Part shown: piece by piece, positions 16,805 to 23,800 of the stretch
Layout: each line of letters starts with the position of its first letter
Position numbering within the stretch: the first letter of the stretch is position 1
NCBI RefSeq assembly: GCF_000008465.1
Contig: NC_006512.1
Location: forward strand, 150,001-182,000
Source: Idiomarina loihiensis L2TR
GTDB lineage: Bacteria; Pseudomonadota; Gammaproteobacteria; Enterobacterales; Alteromonadaceae
Direction of reading: 5' to 3'
Length of the DNA: 32,000 bases
Notes under the pieces: model-generated
The model's database searches: none
Told to the model about the DNA's origin: nothing
The model's input: only the letters and a program-made list of their open reading frames with translations
Made by a program: the position numbers and the translations under genes

Positions 16805-18292
16805 TTAGTATTGAACAACAGTAGCGACGTTATAGTCGCCTTGCTGATATACGCTCATAGTGTTGCCGTCACTGGCTTGACCGCCGGTAACAACGTTGTA
16901 GTCACCTACTTGCTGAATATCAACGCTGCCATTACTACCGCCAACAATGAACGAGCCGCCATCTCCGGCGATAACGTTGCTGTTACCTTCCTGGTAGAAG
17001 CTAATAAGGTTCTCATTGCCACCGATAATGGTGTCTATTAAGTTGATATCACCTTGCTGTTCGGAATCTAACGTGTTGCCTGAGGTTGTGCCTGCATCGT
17101 AAGAGTAAGCAAGAGTGACGTTGCCATCACCAACCTGGCTAGACATGACATCGTTGTCGTCACCAACAAACACAACTTCGGCTGTGTTTGCATCACCGCG
17201 CTGACGGCTTTGGATATCGTTAGAAACGCCCTGTACAGCCACTCCGTTAAAGTTGTCATCACCACGGCTGCTGACCATAATGTCATTTTGCTCACCGTAA
17301 GATTCACCTACGGCAGTGTTGTTATCGCCAGCCTGCTCAAGTTCAACATTATGCATGTCGCCCTCGGTTGCGAACACTGCGTAGTTATTGTCTCCGCGTT
17401 GGTATGCATCAATTAGGTTGTCATTACCAATCATGCCATTCGCGGCTTCAACAACGTTTGAGTTACCTTGCTGCTGAACAACAATAAAGTTAGCTTCGCC
17501 CTGAATAGGCTGGATCAGGAATTCGTTTGCTGAACCGTCCTGAAATACATCGACAAAGTTTTCGTTACCCTCTAAATCACGAGCTATAAAAATGTTCGAT
17601 GAACCATATTGTTGAGCATAAACTTCGTTGTCGTCGCCGTCCGCGCCAACAACACCTGCAACGTTACCATCACCTTCTTGTGATGCTTCGAAGGTATTGC
17701 GGTCGCCCGACGCATTGAAATAGCCTGATTCATTAAGTGAGCCAGACTGTTCACTTAAGAACAGGTTGTCACTGCCTGAAATCTGGAAGTTGCTCCAGTT
17801 GGAATCGCCTGACTGGTAAATTTCTGCTGTATTGTAGTCGCCACTGAGGTCAATGGCGGCCTCGTTTGCATCACCGGACTGCTCAGCAACTGCAGTGTTA
17901 CCGTCACCCTGCAGGAAAATACTGGCCGAGTTCAAGCTGCCTTCCTGGTAAGCTGATAACCAGTTGTCATCACCGACGGCGTCGGCATTGAAAACGTTCC
18001 AGAGTCCAGACTGCTCACCTTCGACCAAGTTGAAGTCGCCGGTAACGTAAGCATAAGCTTCGTGCCAGTCGTCAAACTGCAACAGTGATGTAACGTTATC
18101 GTCACCGTACTGGTCAGCATACGCCCAGTGTGCAGCTCCGGCTTGTTCAACATACACTTCGTTACCAATTTCAACGGCGCCAGCCGATTCTTGATTAATA
18201 ACAGCGATGTGGTTTTCCGCAACGGCACTACCTGCAAAGGCAATGCCTAAAGCAAGAGCGATGGCACTTTTCTTTATTAGTATTTTCGACAT
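16805..18292 (-). CDS. csgA: giant acidic curlin major-subunit homologue (CsgA-like, 495 aa)
   Basis: Sec signal ending AGSAVA. The rest is almost entirely ~11-aa units centred on G-(D/N/S)-x-N with flanking Q/E and aromatic residues. GGAG SD upstream. Lies between csgB-like and csgE. Confidence 0.85.
   Translation of the reverse strand: MSKILIKKSAIALALGIAFAGSAVAENHIAVINQESAGAVEIGNEVYVEQAGAAHWAYADQYGDDNVTSLLQFDDWHEAYAYVTGDFNLVEGEQSGLWNVFNADAVGDDNWLSAYQEGSLNSASIFLQGDGNTAVAEQSGDANEAAIDLSGDYNTAEIYQSGDSNWSNFQISGSDNLFLSEQSGSLNESGYFNASGDRNTFEASQEGDGNVAGVVGADGDDNEVYAQQYGSSNIFIARDLEGNENFVDVFQDGSANEFLIQPIQGEANFIVVQQQGNSNVVEAANGMIGNDNLIDAYQRGDNNYAVFATEGDMHNVELEQAGDNNTAVGESYGEQNDIMVSSRGDDNFNGVAVQGVSNDIQSRQRGDANTAEVVFVGDDNDVMSSQVGDGNVTLAYSYDAGTTSGNTLDSEQQGDINLIDTIIGGNENLISFYQEGNSNVIAGDGGSFIVGGSNGSVDIQQVGDYNVVTGGQASDGNTMSVYQQGDYNVATVVQY
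16808..18175 (-). repeat. protein-level degenerate curlin repeat array (about 40 strand units)
   Basis: Manual parsing gives units such as GDGNTAVAEQS, GDANEAAIDLS, GDYNTAEIYQS, GDSNWSNFQIS ... GDYNVATVVQY. The DNA copies are diverged; I saw no long perfect nucleotide repeats. Confidence 0.75.
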
Positions 18293-18316
18293 GATTGTTC
18301 TCCGTAATTGTTGTAA

Positions 18317-18724
18317 TCAAAACTGCGTGATGGACATTTCAGCGGCAGAGCCGGATTGTTGGATAGTGATAGCATTGTCGTTACCCAGCTGTTGTAGCTG
18401 AATAAGATTGCTATTACCCAACTGCAGGATGATTGCTGAATTACCGCGTCCTGATTGTTCTGCAGTGACAGAATTATTGAACCCTTGCTGTTCCAGGCTA
18501 AGAGTGTTCTCAAAACCCGACTGAACCAAATACGCGTAATTTTGCTCGCCTGACTGGATAACAGAAGTGAGGTTATAAGATCCGAGTTGAGCAATTTCTG
18601 CATGGTTTGCAAGGGCCTGCCGCTCCAGTAACCCTGCTAGCGCAACAGGAATGTCTTTTGCGACTCCGGGGAGTGAGACAAAAAGCAAAACCAGTGCTGC
18701 TAAAAGTTGTTTTTTGTAAGTCAA
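18317..18724 (-). CDS. csgB: minor curlin / nucleator homologue (CsgB-like, 135 aa)
   Basis: Signal peptide LLFVSLPGVA. About 8 Q-x-G-x-x-N strand units (QSGEQNYAYLV, QSGFENTLSLE, QQGFNNSVTAE, QSGRGNSAIIL, QLGNSNLIQLQ, QLGNDNAITIQ). First gene of the unit. The start appears to be a non-ATG (TTG) codon. Confidence 0.8.
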   Translation of the reverse strand: MTYKKQLLAALVLLFVSLPGVAKDIPVALAGLLERQALANHAEIAQLGSYNLTSVIQSGEQNYAYLVQSGFENTLSLEQQGFNNSVTAEQSGRGNSAIILQLGNSNLIQLQQLGNDNAITIQQSGSAAEMSITQF

Positions 18725-18752
18725 AGCGGAACACCTTTTGTTAATAATTCCG
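18725..18752 (-). promoter_or_regulatory. 5'-UTR hairpin enclosing the csgB ribosome-binding region
   Basis: Inverted repeat GCGGAA (18725-18730) / TTCCGC (18747-18752). On the mRNA the loop contains AAAAGGUG, and the 3' arm abuts the start codon. Confidence 0.4.
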
Positions 18753-19041
18753 CTAACAAGAATAGGTGGTTCAGAGAGCTGAACAATCGTATGAAAGGGG
18801 TATTTTATGTGACTTATTGATGATGTTTTTGAATTGAAATATCTTTAATTTTCATTGCCTTGATTTTTTTTAATCGCTTCCCTGCACCAAACGTCCTAGT
18901 CCTTTATTCGTATTTATGATCAGATTTCGTAAAGCTATATCTTTCGAGATATCTTTACGTCAAAAATATGCTAGTTATTTTCTAGTGCTTAAGTTTTAGG
19001 CACGACGATAACTCATAAAACAACAAGACAGAGGAAGCAAA

Positions 19042-21576
19042 ATGGCTAATATTAAAAAGTTAGTCGTTGGTATTTCTATAGCGTTGGCCGCAGGTTCAGC
19101 TGTAGCGGCAACCGATAAGAAAGCTGATGATGATTCATTGCTGGTGATGTTTAAGCAGTCAGTGACGAAAGAACAACGTCAAGACTTAATCAAAAATGCG
19201 GGCGGCAGTTTACGCGCACTCGATGACAGTGGTCGTGATATAGCAATGCGTCATATTGCTGATGGCCGAATTGCTAAAGTTAACGTACGCAATGCAAAAC
19301 AGCGTGATGCGTTAATCAAGCGTCTGTCTCAGCATCCGCTGGTTGAGGTTGCTGAGCCTAATTACGTTATTAGTATTAACGATTCAAAAGATCCCAAGTT
19401 CAATATTCTTGCTACCCCGGATGATCCTGGCTTCGGTGATATGTGGGCACTGGAAAATACGGGGCAGAGCGGAGGTACGCCGGGCGCGGACATTGATGCC
19501 CGGCCAGCCTGGGATATTACGACCGGCGACAGTAATATTGTTATTGGCGTAATCGATAGTGGTGTTGATTACACCCACCCTGATTTAGCCGGAAATATGT
19601 GGGTTAACCCGGGTGAAATCTGCGACAACGGCGAAGATGACGATGGCAACGGTGTTGTCGATGATTGCTATGGTTACTCGGCTATAACATCCAGCGGTGA
19701 TCCAATGGATGAAAACGGCCATGGCACGCACGTTGCCGGAACCATTGGTGCAACATCAAACAATGGCGTGGGCGTTACCGGGGTTAACTGGGATGTGCAA
19801 ATTATAGGTTGTCAGTTCCTCGATGCCGATGGTTATGGTAGTACAGCTGGCGCTATCGAGTGTATTGATTATATGGCCAATTTAAAGGTTAACCATGGGG
19901 TAAATTTGGTTGCGACTAATAACTCCTGGGGTGGCGGTGCTTATTCAGAGTCGTTAAAAACAGCCATCAGCGACAGTATTGATCAGGGTATTATGTTTGT
20001 TTCAGCGGCAGGGAACGATGGTATCGATGCAGACGTTACGGCAAGTTACCCTGGTGGGTACGATCTTGACGGTATTGTGAATGTTGCTAATACAACGCGT
20101 ACCGACAGTATGTCCGGAACGTCAACCTATGGTCTGGAGTCTGTTGATTTAGGTGCTCCGGGTACTGAAATTCTTTCCACTTACTTAAATGATGGCTATG
20201 CAACGGCGAGCGGAACATCAATGGCCAGTCCACATGTTGCAGGTGTTGCTGCATTAGTCTGGTCAATTGACCCAAGCCTGACAATTGCCGAAGTGAAGCA
20301 AATTCTTATGGATTCCGGTGAGAGTATTCCTGCGTTATCGGGTAAAACGGTCTCCGGAAAGCGCCTGAATGCATTAAGTGCTTTAGAGGCTGCCGACCCT
20401 GATCCTGCTTACCGGTTAACTTTGTCTCCGGGCAGACAGGAAATTGTCGCTGGTGACAGCACAACCTTTACTCTGGATGTTGGCAGTATTGCAGATTGGT
20501 CGGGTACCGTTGATTTAAGTGTTGCGGCTGAGCCTGAACTGGATGTTTCGCTGTCCTCAAGTCAGGCTGACGAAGGAGACAGTGTCGATGTACAGGTGAA
20601 TACAACCGATGAGACACAATGGGGTGAGTACAGCATCACTGTCAGTGGCTCAGATGTTGAAACGGGCGAAATTACCCGTGAAGTGAGCTCGGCTGTGTAT
20701 GTTCTGCCGCAAGGTTTGTCAGACTTCTATTATGAAGACGCAGCAAATACGGATATTCCGGATGATGACAATGAGGGTATTTCGCGAGTCATTAATGTGC
20801 CTGAAACGGGTGTTGTTTTTGGTGCGGATGTGAGTGTTGATATTACTCATACCTGGCAGGGCGACCTGATTGTCAGCTTAACCTCGCCTGAAGGTACTGA
20901 GCATGTATTGCACGACCGTGCTGGTGGTAGTACTGAAGATTTAGTGCGCAGCTGGTCTGTTGATACCTTTAATGGTGAAGATATGACGGGTGACTGGACA
21001 CTGACCGTTTCAGATAATGCCGGCGCTGATACAGGCACATTAAATCATTGGTCATTAACGTTAACGGCGGTGGAAGAAGATGATGGTTTGCCGGATGCGC
21101 CGGTTGCCAGCTTCGAAGCCAGTGTTGATGATTTAACCGTAACCTTTAGCAATACTTCGTCAGACAGTGACGGCGATATTGCCAGCTATTTCTGGGAGTT
21201 TGGTGACGGTAGCACATCGACTGAAGCTAACCCGGTTTACGCTTACTCTGAAGCCGGAATTTACGATGTAACATTAACGGTTACAGATGCAACTGAGCTG
21301 TCTGATAGCGTAACGCAGTCGGTTAATGTCAGCATAACGGACATTGAACTGAGTGTTTATCGTGCAACTCATTTGCGTAACGATACAACCTTAGTTGATT
21401 TACGCTGGAGCGGTGCTGCCGGAGATGTTGATCTTTACCGTGACGGTGAGTTTATCGAAACCCTGGATAATTCAGGTCGATACCGCGATCGCTTTAAGTC
21501 AGATGGTAGTGACGTAGTTTATGAACTGTGTGAAACCGGAACAGAAGCTTGTCAGTCAGCTACAGCCAGCTTCTAA
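19042..21576 (+). CDS. secreted multidomain subtilisin-like serine protease (S8) with I9 propeptide, kexin-type P-domain and PKD domain
   Basis: Signal peptide. Catalytic triad contexts VIGVIDSGVD, HGTHVAGTIG and SGTSMASPHVAG, plus oxyanion NNSWGG. P-domain: THTWQGDLIVSLTSPEGTEHVL...GDWTLTVSDNAGADTGTLNHWSLTL. PKD: FWEFGDGSTS...YSEAGIYDVTLTVTD. AGAGGAAG SD upstream. Confidence 0.92.
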   Translation: MANIKKLVVGISIALAAGSAVAATDKKADDDSLLVMFKQSVTKEQRQDLIKNAGGSLRALDDSGRDIAMRHIADGRIAKVNVRNAKQRDALIKRLSQHPLVEVAEPNYVISINDSKDPKFNILATPDDPGFGDMWALENTGQSGGTPGADIDARPAWDITTGDSNIVIGVIDSGVDYTHPDLAGNMWVNPGEICDNGEDDDGNGVVDDCYGYSAITSSGDPMDENGHGTHVAGTIGATSNNGVGVTGVNWDVQIIGCQFLDADGYGSTAGAIECIDYMANLKVNHGVNLVATNNSWGGGAYSESLKTAISDSIDQGIMFVSAAGNDGIDADVTASYPGGYDLDGIVNVANTTRTDSMSGTSTYGLESVDLGAPGTEILSTYLNDGYATASGTSMASPHVAGVAALVWSIDPSLTIAEVKQILMDSGESIPALSGKTVSGKRLNALSALEAADPDPAYRLTLSPGRQEIVAGDSTTFTLDVGSIADWSGTVDLSVAAEPELDVSLSSSQADEGDSVDVQVNTTDETQWGEYSITVSGSDVETGEITREVSSAVYVLPQGLSDFYYEDAANTDIPDDDNEGISRVINVPETGVVFGADVSVDITHTWQGDLIVSLTSPEGTEHVLHDRAGGSTEDLVRSWSVDTFNGEDMTGDWTLTVSDNAGADTGTLNHWSLTLTAVEEDDGLPDAPVASFEASVDDLTVTFSNTSSDSDGDIASYFWEFGDGSTSTEANPVYAYSEAGIYDVTLTVTDATELSDSVTQSVNVSITDIELSVYRATHLRNDTTLVDLRWSGAAGDVDLYRDGEFIETLDNSGRYRDRFKSDGSDVVYELCETGTEACQSATASF

Positions 21577-21611
21577 TGCTGAGTTGAGTTAGGCCAACAG
21601 TTGTAACGTAT

Positions 21612-21635
21612 AAAGGGCACCAGTCGGTGCCCTTT
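21612..21635. terminator. bidirectional intrinsic terminator between the two convergent protease genes
   Basis: Perfect 10-bp stem AAAGGGCACC / GGTGCCCTTT with a 4-nt loop. T-runs follow the stem on both strands. Confidence 0.85.
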
Positions 21636-21663
21636 TCTATGCTCAATTATACCTGGCGGTTAA

Positions 21664-23514
21664 TTAAGGTTCATAGCGCGCTTCAAGATCGACGCCTGAG
21701 TATGCGCTGTAGGCAAAGACACCAATGTGCCAGCGACCTTCCTGAGGGTTGTCGATAGTGCAGACTTCTTCGTTTCCTGCATTATAAGGACGGCAGTCCC
21801 AGTTTGACTGAGTCGGCTGGCTGCCCTGACGCAGGTATAGATCCGCATCGCCGCTGCCACCAGTGATGGTTACTGTCAATGTAGACATGCCAGCCGGAAC
21901 GTCCAGATAGAAGCGGTTCCACTCATTAGTGGACGCTGATAAGTCATCGACAGTGCCACCACCGCCAGATGAGCCGTCATCGCCACCATCATCGCCTCCA
22001 TTATCACCGCCGTTTCCGCCGCCGGAAGCCAGTGCTACTGCCGCAGCGGCATCAACGATACCAGTACCGCAACCGTTGCAACTACCCGGGAAAGAGCGGG
22101 CTGAGTTACGCAGAATCTGCTCGATATCATCTGGTGTCGCTGCAGGATCAGCGGCTTTAATTAAAGCGGCCGCGCCTGCTACGTGAGGTGCTGCCATTGA
22201 CGTGCCCTGGCTGTAGCCGTAGCTATCAGAGCCTGGTGTTGAAGTACCTGTGTTGTAAGTGGACAGCACACCGTTAGGGTCGTTAGCGCTTTGCATTGCA
22301 CCGCCAGGTGCTGCAACGTCAACATTCGAACCATAATTTGAATAGTAAGCGCGATCGCCATTGCGGTCAGTAGAGGCTACGTTAACAACACCGTTACAGT
22401 TACCCGGATTGTAGTTGGTTGAGTTGTCGTTGCTGTTACCAGAAGCCACGACTACTGTAGCGCCGTTATTACGAGCGGTGTTGATTGCATTCTGGGTTGT
22501 GGTGGAGCAGGTACCGCTGCCGCCCAGACTCATGTTTAAGACATCGGCCGGGTTAGCATTAGGGCTTGTTCCCGGAACCGAACCGCCTGAGGCCCAGACA
22601 ATACCGTCGGCAATATCGGCTGTGGTTCCGCCACAGCGACCAAGAACACGTACGGGTACAATTTTAGCGCCATAGGCAACGCCGGCGACACCGGTGGAGT
22701 TATTTGTTTCAGCGGCAATGGTTCCTGCAACGTGAGTACCATGCCAGCTAGAGTCTTGATCCTGAGCCGGGTAACCATTACCACAGGCTCCGGCACTGAC
22801 CCAGTCGCCCGGATCTTGTGCGTCGCTGTCGCGACCGTCGCCGTCATTAGCGATAAAGCTGTCTGAAATCATGTCGTAGCCGGGTAAAATATTACCGGCC
22901 AAATCAGAGTGTGGGCGATAACCGGTATCGAGTACGGCTACAACAACGCCGCTGCCGTCTACTGAATCCCAGGCAGTTGGGGCATTCAGTCCACCAACGC
23001 TCTCATAATAATGCCACTGGTCGTCATAGTTAGGGTCGTTTGGTGTGGCAAAGTGACGGAGAATTTTATTTTCCTCTACGAATTCAACGTCGCTGTCTGC
23101 TTTAAGTGACTGAAGGTATTCTTTTGTTTCTTCCGGGCTTAAGCGGCCTTGTGCTTTTACGACGAAGTGTTGTTGTAAAGCCATGGAACGCTCAAAGGCG
23201 ACACTTTTGCCGGTGCGTTTAGAAAGCACTGAGGTAAAGCCACGCATTTGTTGGGCGACAGCCGCCGCATTTGATGAAGGGTGTTCTGCCGATTGTTGTT
23301 GCATTTGCTGCACAACTTGAGAGCCATCTTTAAGCTTAACAATAAAGCTGGTTGCAGGTCCGTTTGACCGCTCTTTCAGTGATGGCTTTGCGCCATTATT
23401 GCCGTTATCAGATCCGTTCTGCGATAAGGTTTCAGCTGCTACGCTGGTGCCAGCTAATAAGCCTGACAGTGCGATAGCAATTAACGTCTTATGCTGTTTA
23501 TTTTTTGTCATCAT
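21664..23514 (-). CDS. secreted subtilisin-like serine protease (S8) with I9 propeptide, Gly/Asp linker and C-terminal pre-peptidase (PPC) domain
   Basis: Signal peptide. Triad contexts VVAVLDTGY, WHGTHVAGTIA and QGTSMAAPHVAGAAAL. Linker GGGNGGDNGGDDGGDDGSSGGGG. PPC-like GGSGDADLYLRQGSQPT...CRPY...EEVC. Confidence 0.92.
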   Translation of the reverse strand: MMTKNKQHKTLIAIALSGLLAGTSVAAETLSQNGSDNGNNGAKPSLKERSNGPATSFIVKLKDGSQVVQQMQQQSAEHPSSNAAAVAQQMRGFTSVLSKRTGKSVAFERSMALQQHFVVKAQGRLSPEETKEYLQSLKADSDVEFVEENKILRHFATPNDPNYDDQWHYYESVGGLNAPTAWDSVDGSGVVVAVLDTGYRPHSDLAGNILPGYDMISDSFIANDGDGRDSDAQDPGDWVSAGACGNGYPAQDQDSSWHGTHVAGTIAAETNNSTGVAGVAYGAKIVPVRVLGRCGGTTADIADGIVWASGGSVPGTSPNANPADVLNMSLGGSGTCSTTTQNAINTARNNGATVVVASGNSNDNSTNYNPGNCNGVVNVASTDRNGDRAYYSNYGSNVDVAAPGGAMQSANDPNGVLSTYNTGTSTPGSDSYGYSQGTSMAAPHVAGAAALIKAADPAATPDDIEQILRNSARSFPGSCNGCGTGIVDAAAAVALASGGGNGGDNGGDDGGDDGSSGGGGTVDDLSASTNEWNRFYLDVPAGMSTLTVTITGGSGDADLYLRQGSQPTQSNWDCRPYNAGNEEVCTIDNPQEGRWHIGVFAYSAYSGVDLEARYEP

Positions 23515-23550
23515 AAGATTCTCTTTGTTGTTTTTCTGTGAATTTAAATT

Positions 23551-23571
23551 TAGTGATAAACAGCATCACTA
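23551..23571. promoter_or_regulatory. 7-bp-arm dyad TAGTGAT-N7-ATCACTA upstream of the PPC protease gene
   Basis: Perfect inverted repeat 37-57 bp upstream of the start codon at 23514. Confidence 0.45.
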
Positions 23572-23723
23572 GATACGTAACGTTATGTTACATAAGTAGA
23601 TTCTGTAGAGAATGCTTAAAAAGTAAACCTTGCTAACAGTATGGAAATATAACTAATATTATGTTTTATGGGTTTTTGTTACCCCATGTTAACGTCTTGA
23701 AAGTCAACGTTCACGTAAGTTGA

Positions 23724-23743
23724 CGTCATTTTTAAAAATGACG
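23724..23743. promoter_or_regulatory. perfect 20-bp palindrome CGTCATTTTTAAAAATGACG (operator or weak terminator)
   Basis: Read directly from the sequence. It overlaps the TGACGTCA palindrome (23721-23728) and adjoins a GTCAAC-N10-GTTGAC dyad (23703-23724). It lies between the oxygenase stop and the protease start. Confidence 0.5.
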
Positions 23744-23800
23744 AATGATTTACACAACTTTACTTATATCGTTTTGTTATATTTTTATAGCAAGACTTGA

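Noticed and set aside
16811-18243. Several 60-100-aa ORFs on both strands inside csgA (16811-17041 +, 17068-17307 -, 17210-17416 +, 17932-18243 -)
   Set aside because: They are shadow frames of the repetitive, stop-poor curlin coding sequence. They have no SD and no recognisable motifs, and they lie fully within a gene with strong protein-level evidence.
18277-18612. 111-aa alternative-frame ORF overlapping csgB and the csgB-csgA junction
   Set aside because: It is out of frame with the curlin repeats, gives a low-complexity translation and has no signal peptide. The csgB frame explains the region.
22000-22080. Gly/Asp linker coding repeats in the PPC protease as a slippage or phase-variation tract
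   Set aside because: The codons are varied (ggc/ggt/gga, gat/gac) and contain no homopolymer or perfect short tandem repeat. This looks like an ordinary flexible linker.
21929-22186. Pro/Ser-rich plus-strand ORF (PPPPDEPSSPPSSPPLSPPFPPPE...) and a neighbouring His/Arg-rich ORF
   Set aside because: They are antisense translations of the GGN/GAY codons encoding the Gly/Asp linker of the minus-strand protease. This is a compositional artefact.
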